34,137 nt of DNA, from contig JAYPQH010000024.1 of the NCBI GenBank assembly GCA_038131935.1, positions 1 through 34,137 of the forward strand, in the 5' to 3' direction. Shown piece after piece: positions 22,739 to 33,400 of the stretch (positions are counted from its first letter, which is position 1; the number at the start of each line of letters is the position of its first letter). Source of the stretch: Alphaproteobacteria bacterium (lineage in GTDB: Bacteria; Pseudomonadota; Alphaproteobacteria; UBA8317). Position numbers and translations under genes: made by a program. Under the pieces are notes generated by a model. It saw nothing but the letters and a program-made list of their open reading frames with translations, ran no database searches and was not told the origin of the DNA.

Positions 22739-24097
22739 ATGCGTAAAATCATCATAATATTATCTGTCATCATGGGGTATTTCTCAAACCATGATACAGC
22801 CATGACAAAGGGCCTTGACCTCTATTACGGCCCTTTCACGTTGAATGGTTTTTATCAGAAAGAATTTGCCCTGCATTCCACGAATATTGCTGACAATAGC
22901 AAGGTCCGTTCTTGGGAAGATTGGCGCTACAAACCGAGCCCTGATGGGAAACAAATCACGGAGGATCATAGAGGGTTTCGTGAAGGTGTAGAATTGTTTC
23001 AGCTATCACTTGGTTTCGAGTTTGAACTTGATCAATGGGAGATTACTGAAGATGCCAAGTTGTTGGCCCGCCTAACACGTAGATGGCGAGATGGGGATCC
23101 TGATCTGCAAGATTGGGATTGGTATGAGCGGTATGTTGGGGTCGCTCATGAGCGTTTTGGAACCATTTATGTCGGGAACTTGATTACAAGATCTTGGCAG
23201 CGTTCAGATTAACCCTTTGGTAGCGACAATGGCTTAGCTGACCCATGGGGAGCTAGTGGTGCAGGCTTCGGGTTCGTCAATAATGCCCTTCGCTACACCG
23301 CCCCTCATATAGGGACATCTATGGGAAATCTCGTGTTGGAGGGCATGGTCTCCCTTCCAGAGAAAAGCGCGAGGGGCTTTCAAGGTATCAACAGAAATCA
23401 AGTGCTAAAGCCTCATGACCCTTACTTAGTTGAATTTTTTGGCCAATTGGCCAACCCAAAACTCGTCTTCGAATATACGTTTCAAATGTCACAAGGCGCT
23501 GAGCAAAACGCATGGGCGAAACAACCATTTCGTGGTGGATTTCCGAACGTTAACGAGGGAGACCCAAACCCAAAGCAAACTATTCATCAAATTAATGCAG
23601 ACTATCGTTTAACAGGAGATACCAATATTACCCTTGGTGCTCGTTATAATCGCTGGTCTGGAAAAAGTTTTGAATGTGATTATGACACAGCATTACCTGG
23701 ATGTTGGTATGCCGATTGGGGTTTCAATGTGAATGATAGAAATGTTGGCGAACCAGTTTGGAACGTCGACTTTTTAGCAGGAGTTAGACATAAGATAGGA
23801 CCCTATACCCTAGGGCTTGGTGCTATGCATTTTGGGCGTGGTAACACCAAAAATACACGCGAAAATGGGCAATCAAATTCTGCCAATTTAATTTCATTTG
23901 GCGTATCGAGAGTCTTAAATGATATCGACGACACCCTCACAGGACTCGAAATGTCGATTGGTGTTGGGCATATGAGGTATAATAAAAAATCGATTGGGCC
24001 TGTTAGTATGCCTGGTAATGGAACGTACGCAGCGAACGATCCACGTGTTGATAAAAATTCTACAAGCATTGGTATTGGTTTCAAATACGCTTTCTGA
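22739..24097 (+). CDS. Putative outer-membrane porin / beta-barrel for oligosaccharides (broken near ~23210)
   Basis: Signal-like N-terminus; ERYVGVAHERFGTIYVG porin-like strand; alternating amphipathic strands; C-terminal IGIGFKYAF ending in Phe. The gap 23212-23321 reads through in the downstream frame (DNGLADPWGASGAGFGFVNNALRYT). Confidence 0.7.
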
Positions 24098-24153
24098 TGA
24101 TGGATGATCTTCCATCTAGCTGGTGCCATTACATAGATTGAGGATGAGAACAG

Positions 24154-25236
24154 ATGACTCATTTGCGGCTAAATAATATCTCCAAGCGTTATGGTGCTAA
24201 CGCCATCATTACAGACCTCAACTTAACTGTTGGCAAGGGGGAGCTATGTGTCTTTGTTGGGCCATCAGGATGCGGGAAATCTACCTTACTGAAGTTGATA
24301 GCTGGGTTGGAAGCCGTGTCATCTGGAGAAATTTTGTTTGATGACATTGATGTGACGTTCTTAAAACCTGTTGACCGACGAATTTCGATGGTTTTTCAAT
24401 CCTATGCCTTATATCCACATATGACGGTTGCAGAAAACATCGCTTTTCCGCTCAAAGTGGCAGGGATGGACAAAACGTCCAGAATGAAAGCCGTTGTGGA
24501 CGTTATGGATTCTCTGCGTATTTTGGAACTTAAGGACCGTTTGCCCAAACAGCTTTCAGGCGGACAAAGACAACGTGTTGCCATCGGACGGGCCTTGGTT
24601 CGCAAGCCATCGATCTTTTTGTTAGATGAACCCTTATCCAACCTTGATGCAGAATTACGCGTAGATATGCGCTATGAAATCGCGCAACTGCATCAAAGGC
24701 TCACAACCACCATGATATATGTGACCCATGATCAGGTAGAAGCCATGACGTTGGCGGACAAAATCGTTGTCCTCAACAAAGGTAGAATTGAACAAGTTGG
24801 CAGTCCTATGGAGCTTTATCATAACCCTATCAACATGTTTGTTGCAGGTTTTATAGGATTGCCAAAAATGAATTTCTTTCCGGTGCAGCATGATCAGGGC
24901 CAACTTATCTTCAAAGGAATGAATCCATTTTCTTCCCAATTAAGCGTCGATATTCCATATCAGGGCCAAGAACTGTTTATGGGCATTCGGCCTGATAAAT
25001 TGCGTTATAGAAAAGATGAGAACGGTGTCCGTGTAAGCCTGGTTGAAAATCTAGGTTCACATCAGCTTTGTCATGTTGAGATCTCACAAGAACAGACCAT
25101 AACCATACAAACAAACATGAGTAATCCCTTGGATGTTGGCGAGACAATTCTCATCGATGCAGATCAGCGTGACCTTTTTCTGTTTGACCTAGACGGTCAG
25201 CGCATCGGCTATGCGCCACAAGTGGACCAAACATGA
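24154..25236 (+). CDS. Sugar ABC transporter ATP-binding protein (MalK/MsmK family)
   Basis: Walker A GPSGCGKST, LSGGQRQR, DEPLSNLDA, VTHDQVEAM. Confidence 0.95.
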   Translation: MTHLRLNNISKRYGANAIITDLNLTVGKGELCVFVGPSGCGKSTLLKLIAGLEAVSSGEILFDDIDVTFLKPVDRRISMVFQSYALYPHMTVAENIAFPLKVAGMDKTSRMKAVVDVMDSLRILELKDRLPKQLSGGQRQRVAIGRALVRKPSIFLLDEPLSNLDAELRVDMRYEIAQLHQRLTTTMIYVTHDQVEAMTLADKIVVLNKGRIEQVGSPMELYHNPINMFVAGFIGLPKMNFFPVQHDQGQLIFKGMNPFSSQLSVDIPYQGQELFMGIRPDKLRYRKDENGVRVSLVENLGSHQLCHVEISQEQTITIQTNMSNPLDVGETILIDADQRDLFLFDLDGQRIGYAPQVDQT

Positions 25237-27393
25237 TACTTAGAGAAACACAGATTGTTCAAAGCCTTTTATTCGCTGATGAGTTTGACTCCGCAGAACT
25301 TAATCTCAATTACTGGAATTTTGATTTGGGTGATGGGTCAGACAGAGGAATCCCTGGCTGGGGGAACAGTGAACTTCAAACATATACCAGTGACAACATA
25401 GCACTACGAGATGGTTTGCTATCGATTACCGCTCGAAAAAATTCCAGCGAGCAGTTCACATCCAGTAGAATCACGACACTCGATAAGGTGAGCTTTGACG
25501 AGGGTACCATTGAAATCCGTGCCCGCATGCCTGAAGGGCAGGGTCTTTGGCCAGCTATATGGATGCTTGGTGACAATATAACCACAGTTGGTTGGCCCCA
25601 TAGCGGTGAAATCGACATCATGGAAATGCGTGGTGATAAAACCGATGAAGTAACCATGACGGCTCATTGGTCAGATCCAGCTGGAATCATACCTACAGAG
25701 GCATTCCTGTTACCTCAGGCGATAAAGACTTTAGTGAAGATTTCCATATCTTTGCCCTAAGAAAAGATTCAACCAGTTTAACATGGCTTATTGATGATGA
25801 GGTTTATTATAGCCAGGATCTCTCCTCCTATCCCGGAGGAGAGGAGTTACAAGGCCAGTTTCATCTGCTTCTCAATGTGGCTGTTGGCGGTCATTATGTT
25901 GGCCATCAGGTACCGAACAACCTACCTCAGTCCATGGATATTGATTATGTGCGTATTCATGACCTTGAAGTAACAAGAGACTTTTATGATACATCAATGG
26001 ATGATGATCATGCATTGCTTAAAGGTATAAATAACCATGCAGCTCACATCACAGTAAAAAATAGAAAAGCGTTGTTAGAGCTTGGTGATCATGCTGATGA
26101 AATCCAGCTCTGGGCAATTGATATTTGGGGTGCAGGCAGTTGGGCACAATATACACCCTATAAATCCAGCGGCTTTGGACATTATGTGCCACTGATTGGA
26201 AAAAACCGTTTTGATCATGTTATTTATGGAAATGCTGGAACAGATAAAATCCTTCTTACAGATGAAGATGATGCTTATTTTCTTCATGATGTTTTTTCCG
26301 CATACAATACCAAGTTATTGACCCCAGGCAATTCAATGCCACTGACACCAAGGTTTCATGGCATAGAGACTATTTCTGGTGGTTCAGGTGATGATCTCAT
26401 AGATGCCACAAGTCCTTCCCTCTCACATGGATACGTAGGACTCACACTTACGGGTGATCAGGGCAATGATATTCTTTGGGGTAGCGCTCAAGATGATTTG
26501 CTATTTGGAGGGGATGGTGACGATATACTCAACGGTGGCCTTGGGTTTAATATCCTAAATGGAGGAGCAGGTGGAGATGTCTTTGAGATAACATCGGATT
26601 ATGCATTTCACATTATTGAAGATTTTGATCCAAGTGAGGGGTGACTATCTAAGGGTTTTGAAAAAGCATCTTGAGACAAATCTAACATCTTAGAAATAAT
26701 TCTTGCTGACCCTGAACCAATCTTAAGACAAAACATTTTGAATTTGATCAAAACGAAAGCGTCAACCACACCACGCCGATTGATTTTGGTGGCAATAATA
26801 CCATTCAAAATGTCGATCAAAATACGGGAAATCAGTTTATTAAAGTTACAAAAACGTTGGGTGCTGAAACCTGGGCTGGTACAACCATATATAGCCTTCC
26901 AGAAAAGGTATTCATCAATGAGAAAACGCTCAAGGTAACCTGTGATATTTTCAGTCCAAATGAAGATATTCTTGTAAAATTAAAACTAGAAGATCAAAAC
27001 AACCCATCACATAGCGTTGAAGTAGATATGCGATCAGGTACTGCGAACGCTTGGGAAACTATTACTTTTAATTTTGAAAACACCGCACAAGGAACAGCAA
27101 GCTTTGATTCTGCTCGAGTCTATAATAAGGCCAGTCTGTTTTTTGACTTTGGTCACACAGGTGATGGATCTACATACCTCGTCGACAACCTTACATATTC
27201 TGATCTTGTTACGCTGGAAACGAGTGATGTTATTCAACAAAAAATGGGAAATTCCTTTTCAGATCAAATTAATAACCTGCAACTTAACCAAAAAATTTAT
27301 ACCGCGGTTCAATATGGCGATACTGTTCTGATATTTAACGAATGGCATACAGAAGACATCGACGATATCCCTGTAACATTTGAAATCGTTTAG
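25233..27393 (+). CDS. GH16 laminarinase-type enzyme fused to RTX-like Ca-binding repeats and a CBM-like domain (frameshifts near ~25680, ~26640 and ~26850)
   Basis: GWGNSELQTY, WPAIWMLG, WP..GEIDIME catalytic motif, LLNVAVGG, IDYVR. Nonapeptides GGSGDDLID, GDQGNDILW, GGDGDDILN, GGAGGDVF. Then AETWAGTTI...LKLED...WETITFNF...FFDFG. No Sec signal. Confidence 0.8.
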
Positions 27394-27418
27394 CAAAATA
27401 ATCACGCCAAACCTTTCT

Positions 27419-27432
27419 TGAAAGCGCTTTCA
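27419..27432. promoter_or_regulatory. LacI-family operator upstream of the CBM-dockerin gene
   Basis: TGAAAGCGCTTTCA perfect palindrome, 55 bp before the ATG at 27488. Confidence 0.85.
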
Positions 27433-27487
27433 TAGCATGGTAAATTTAAGTTAGAAAAATTGATATAATCTTTACAGGCAGAGTCAC

Positions 27488-29514
27488 ATGAATATCACCA
27501 AATATACTTTTGATACCGCAGCTACCATCGACTTTGGTGGCAACACTTCCGTACTTCTGAGCGATGGCTCAGCGCCAGCTAATGTTACAACCGGAAACAT
27601 AATAAAGGTTACCAAAGAAAACACGGCTGAAACCTGGGCTGGAACCACAATTACAACATTGTCTGAAGGCCGGTTTGTTTCCTCAGCAGATACTGTTGTA
27701 ACTTGAAAGTGTATGCCCCATATGCTGGCAAAATCGTTAAACTTAAAGTTGAGGATAGCACCGATAGTTCGAAATCTGTCGAAGTTGATGCCCTAACATC
27801 AGCTGCGAATAGTTGGGAAACATTAAGTTTTGATTTCTCACAACATGTTCCAAGTACACCTGCATTCAGCAATGATATCAACTATGACAAAATAAGTGTC
27901 TTCTTTGACTTTGGGAGTGTTGGCAAGGGCGACATTTACTATTTTGATGATATGAGTTTTTACGTTGGCACCAGAAGTTACTGATGACAAGTGCTCAGGT
28001 GGTCATTACCTGACTGATACAACCCTCGAGTTTTGATGCCGTCAATACGATTGACTTTGGCGGTAACACATCAGCCCTGATTAATGATGGCTCAGCACCC
28101 TCAGATGGTACAACAGGTAACATTGTAAAGGTAACGAAAGAGTCCAGTGCTGAGACATGGGCTGGTACAACGATCACGACCTTATCGGATGGATCATTCA
28201 TATCGTCGGAAGATAAGGTTGTGACCTTGAAGGTTTATGCGCCTGCTGCAGGTAAGACAGTAAGGCTTAAGGTTGAAGATAGCACAGATCCGTCAAGGTC
28301 TGTGGAAGTTGACGCGGTTACCACGGTTGCGAATGGATGGGAGACACTTAGCTTTGATTTTTCTAATCAAGCAGCTGGAACAGCGGCATTTAATGATGCG
28401 TTTCAATATGACAAAATCAATGTCTTCTTTGACTTTGGGAATGTTGGGACAGGAGATGTTTATTACTTCGATGACCTAAGCTTCTCAAAAGCGACTGTAC
28501 CATCTGAACAAACAGAGACAACTGTTACACTAACCCCAACAACACTAGCCTTTGATACCGCTAGCACGATTGATTTTGGTGGGAATACATCTGTTCTTGT
28601 TGATGACGGCTCTGCACCTTCAGATGAAACAAGAGGGAACATTGTAAAGGTAACAAAAGAAGCGAGTGCGGAGACGTGGGCTGGCACAACCATCACAACA
28701 TTGTCGGAAGGTGAGTTTATCTCTTCAGGTGACACGGTGGTAACGTTGGATGTCTATGCACCTGAGGCAGGTAAGACGATACGTTTGAAGCTTGAGGACA
28801 GCACGAACGGTGATCATTTTATTGAGGTTGATGCTGTCACCACGGTTGCGAATGGTTGGGAGACCTTAAGCTTTAACTTTGCTGCACAGGTTGAAGCTCA
28901 TAATTATGACAAAGCCAGTGTCTTCTTTGACTTTGGGAATGTTGGGACAGGAGATGTTTATTACTTCGATGATCTAAGCTTCTCAAAAGCAAGAGTTTCC
29001 CAAAACACAGGTCAACTGTTGGTTAAGAATTGGCAAAAAACAGGAACAAGTGACTTTTTAAAAGGCACAGGAATTTATTGCTGTAGAAGCCCAAGATGAA
29101 ATAGCTACCCATACCCTTTTAACCAATGATGAAGGTATTTTAGACGTTTCCTCATTAAGTGCAGCAGATACATCCTACCATATCTACAGCACCACAAGTT
29201 TTGATGGCTCTCAGGCCGTGACTGTATCTGACGTCATTTTTGCGCTCAAAGGAGCAGTGGGTATCGTTGACCTTACTGACGAAGAGAACTTTGCTGCAGA
29301 TATAGATAACAATGATGACATAACCGTATCGGATGTCATTTCGATTTTAAAAATGGCTGTAGGCATTCAACCCGTTAACAAATTGGCAATCGTTGACCTT
29401 TCAGATGGTTCATTTTCAGATACTGTTAATCTCTCCAACTCATCTAGCAATTTAGACCTCCATGCTATTGTCATGGGTGATGTTGATGCTTCTTGGACAG
29501 TTGACATGATGTAA
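27488..29514 (+). CDS. Non-catalytic protein with 3 CBM-like domains, a linker and a C-terminal dockerin-like domain (several frameshifts)
   Basis: ORFs 27488..27706, 27703..27984, 28221..29099 and 29218..29514 join via indels. FDTA.TIDFGGNTS...YYFDD occurs three times. Duplicated VTVSDVIFALKGAVG / ADIDNNDDITVSDVISILKMAVG. Confidence 0.75.
28104..28541. repeat. Inverted repeat (~438 bp) of 6818..7255
   Basis: gatggtacaacaggtaacattgtaaaggtaacgaaagagtccagtgctgag...actaaccccaaca is the near-exact reverse complement of 6818..7255. Confidence 0.92.
28755..28990. repeat. Inverted repeat (~236 bp) of 5823..6060 (also similar to 6343..6583)
   Basis: tatgcacctgaggc...gttgaagctcataattatgacaaagccagtgtcttctttgactttggg...ctcaaaagc matches the reverse complement of 5823..6060. 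Confidence 0.9.
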
Positions 29515-30408
29515 TAAAAAGCCCCCATCTTGTGGGGCTTTCCTTATTCGATTGGCTGATAAAGTATCAGACAATGTCAAAACTGTAACTCAAACCGTCA
29601 CCGTCTGACAAAATAGGCTCTGGATCCTGAGCAATATAAATGTTGGTGATATTGATTTCGACCGTACCTGTACTCTTCGCATTCAAGGTCAATTCACCAA
29701 TCTTACCATCATTAGATGACACCGCAAGAGCATCTGGACTCGCCAAAATGCTACTTAAATCAACAGCCGGTGATTTCACGAAATTCACAAAGCCAAACGT
29801 TTCTGATGCACCCAAGGTCGAAACATCAACTGGCGCTTGGAATTCTTGTAAAACATCTCCCATTGCTGTAGTTTAATGTCTGGTTAGGTATTGGATTACC
29901 ACTTAACAAAACCGTCCCCTTCGTCGAGAAAGAAGCAATTTCATTACTTCCAGTTAAGGCTTCAAACTCCTCTAAAGAGTTATAATCCAATACAAACGTC
30001 AGTGCTGAAACAGATGTTAAATTAGGAGCCAATTCCGCAAGCTTGTCTCCATCAACTCGTACATCAAGAACAAGTTCATCTGCTGTCGCTGTTTGTACGT
30101 CCAAAACAAGCCATGATGTCTCAACCGCCTTCGCTGAAACCTTAGCCGTTGCATCACTACTCTTTGACTCTAACGTCCCGCGTTGGTCCGTAAAGGATAC
30201 ATCAACACTAATTGTTTTACCAACTTCTGATGACGTCAAAACATACGTCGAAGATGTTGCACCTTCTATCGCTGTTCCATCCGCTGACCACTGGTAAGAC
30301 AATGATCCCAATCCATCCGCATCAGATAGATCATTCGTTGCTGTCAACTCAGAACCTTCTACAACATCTCCGCCTATACTTACCGTCCCGGTAACTGGGT
30401 TGTTGGGG
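29497..30408. repeat. Long direct repeat, right copy (partner of 2203..3116)
   Basis: Same sequence as 2203..3116 with clustered substitutions. Confidence 0.95.
29516..29541. terminator. Bidirectional Rho-independent terminator between convergent genes
   Basis: aaaaagcccccatcttgtggggcttt between stops at 29514 (+) and 29567 (-). Confidence 0.85.
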
Positions 30409-33400
30409 GCATCAACCACTTCTGAATATGGGAAGTCTGCCAAAGTTTTCACGAATTCCTGACTCGTGGTGGTGTATTCTTCATCAATAACAGTATCCAC
30501 AAAATGATAGATGCTGGTCACATCATCTCGTGTGAACTCTAACTCTAAATAGCCGCGATTACCTGTGTTGGCATACTCGAGGTCATCGACATAACCTGAC
30601 CATAATTGGGACATAATGACAGGATCTACCGTATTGAAATAACTTTCCAAACCAGGTGCGCTAACACCGGCGGTCGCAAATTCATAACCAACTGAATTTC
30701 CATCTGCATCAGTAAGAGAACCTAGCCAAGCATTATGCGTATCACCAGCGATAGATATAAGGTTTACGCCTAGCTGCTCTGCCGTGTCATAAATTTCTTC
30801 ACGCTCAGCACCATAACCGTCCCACGCATCCAAATTATAGGGCAATTTGGCTACGTTTAGGGCGTCATATGCCGTGCTATCACCGGAAAGAGCTTGTCCC
30901 AATGCCTGATAATAAGCCCCTAGGGTTGCTGGGTCAGAAGAGGCAAGTAGTCCAATTGGCAACTCCATTTTTGTCATCAGCGTCTGGGAACCTAATATCT
31001 GCCAAACAGTGCCTGCCGCATCTGATGATGACATTTCACCCTTCAGCCAACTCATTTGCTCAGTACCGATCATATTCTGCTCTGGATCAGTGGTCGCTTG
31101 AGCCGCAACGGCAAAATACATTTCACCTGCAACCAGATTGGCTAATGCTGTCTGACCTTCAGCCGTAGTTAGGTCAACACCACCAGCAGCACTTGCGTAA
31201 GCGGCAGCAAGATCTGCGTTAGATAAAATTTCAGCAATACGCAGGCCAATCTCTTCGGAGGAAGGATATGACAATTGCTCATCACGAGCCGTTAGGCGCG
31301 TCTCCAACATGTGCAAACTTACAAGATCTCCAAAATCGTAACTATTGTAGTTATCAACCTTGAAGTCAGCATCTGCGGGCTCTCTAATTGGGTTCCAATT
31401 AAAATAAGCTTCTAACGCATCATCACGTCTTTGTGCCCAGTCACCCTCACCCTCATTATGGTTTTCCGCTCCTGACTGATAGGCATCATTTGCTGTTTCA
31501 TGATCATCCCACATCATGATTAATGGTGCGCTTGCCCTTGCAGCTTGCCAGTCAGCGTCGGTTGTATATTGCGCATAACGATCGTTGTAATCATCCAGGG
31601 TAAACAGCTCTGAGGCCGGCTCCACGACCCTTCCTAGCTGCTCTGCCAAATCGGAAGCATAACCACCTGGTGCATACTCATAAATAGAGTCTCCTAAATG
31701 CACCAAGACATCATAATTATTCGCCGCCGCCTCTGCATAGGGATGGAAATATCCCGCGGGATAATTGGCACAAGAGAAAATACCCATAGTGACAGAACCA
31801 TCAGCCCCAAGGGAATCAGCCGTTGGAAGCGTCTTGGTTCTCCTACACATCTGATACATCATCATTATAATGGAAGCGATAGAAATATTCCGTTCCAGCT
31901 TCAAGCCCATCAGCTATGACTTTCACGGTATAATCTTCAGATGCATCGGTGGTGAAAGCACCGCTAGAGACGATGGTGTCAAAATCTGCTGTGGTTGCCA
32001 CTTCCCATGTTCCTGATGCTTGTGCGTCAGCACTTGCCACATGGGTCCATAGGACCACGGAGCTTGCATCTGGATCACCAGAAGCAACGCCATGTTGGAA
32101 CAAATCAAAGTCAATACGCATCACAACAGGGTCGTGATCGGATGTTTGATAATCCCAGTCATCACGATCAAAATCAGTATTGACGTGAACATGGTCAATT
32201 TCTGAATAGCTAAGAATATTCTTAGATACATGAATTTGATCTAAAATCTGGCTGTTACCATCATAATTATAACTCCAACGATCCGATGAGGGAGCTGTTT
32301 CTGTTAAACTTTCGAGGGCCGTGAGCGCATCTGTGGCAACGTCCCACTCGTAATCATTAAAGTCACCTAAAACGACAACTTTTTGGCCCGCTTCAACCAG
32401 TGGCTTAATGGCCTCGTTAATTGTATCAAACTGATCCGCACGTTGTATTGCATTAGGATCTTGAGGAGGTTGGTTGGCAACCGTGAGGTCATCAGATCCA
32501 GACTTTGATTTGTTGTGAACATTCACAATGGTGACCTGTTCCCCGTTAAATTCAAAAGTTGCCATCAACGGCTTTCTGGTGCCTGCATATGTACCATTTG
32601 TCGCTCCACCCTCATACTGCTCGCCAGAATAGCCAAGTCCTGACCAGTTGTTATTGATGAAAGCATCATTCTCGAGAACAATCCATTCAGAATCATCGGC
32701 ATTTGTCCCGCGAGAGGCGTTCCAATCTGTGTTACCAGATACAACTGAAGCTTTGCGTACCAATGTATGGTTTTGCGTTGCATTGGTGACACCAGCCACG
32801 TCCCATCCTGATCCAGGATCTGCTCCGAAGTCACCAATCATATCAATGATGACATAGTCACTTTCTGTGCCTTTTACCAAGGCATAGCCATCATCACCAT
32901 TCGAAAGATATTGATGGGTTTGATCTGCCTTGGCCAATATTGATGCATCGGCAGATGGATGAGCAATCACGTAGGTACCACCAGCTTTGATAACGGCGCC
33001 TGGCGTAAAACTATTCGAATAATCATGCTGCCCCTCAACATCAGCACCATTATTCGTATTTGGGAATGCATAACCATCTAATGAAATATCTTGATCTGTT
33101 GGGTTTGTGATTTCGATATACTTATTATTGGATGAGCCTTCTGCATATTCCGTGAACAACAAATCGGTTCCTGAACCGGTTGCTACCCCCTCAGGATCAC
33201 CCGCAACAGCATCACCATTCTCATCAAATGCTGGACCTTCAATGCGCTGTAAAGAGCCCTCTACCAGTTCCACGCGTTCGGCGTTATAAAGGTAAGCAAC
33301 CCGAATATTTGCACCAGGCGCGCCACCATCTGCTTTGTCGACAGGTGCAATTTCAGCGGCTGTGTAGGTAACACCACCTGTTTCTTCTGCAATCTCAGCA

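Noticed and set aside
8471-27432. CcpA cre sites implying a Firmicute host
   Set aside because: The motif resembles cre only because CcpA is LacI-family. The porin, RTX protein and Glk/ED gene types indicate a Gram-negative host with a local LacI.
5823-28990. Composite transposon, IS ends or shufflon
   Set aside because: The repeats are coding domains. No transposase, site-specific recombinase or short crossover sites were seen.
2203-30408. Diversity-generating retroelement (template/variable repeat with a C-type lectin)
   Set aside because: No reverse transcriptase in the window, the differences are not evidently adenine-specific, and the lectin domain lies outside the repeat.
31680-31705. 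PhoD motif HLGDSIYE instead of the usual HLGDYIYE
   Set aside because: The conserved Asp is retained and the change is one base, so no functional claim is supportable.
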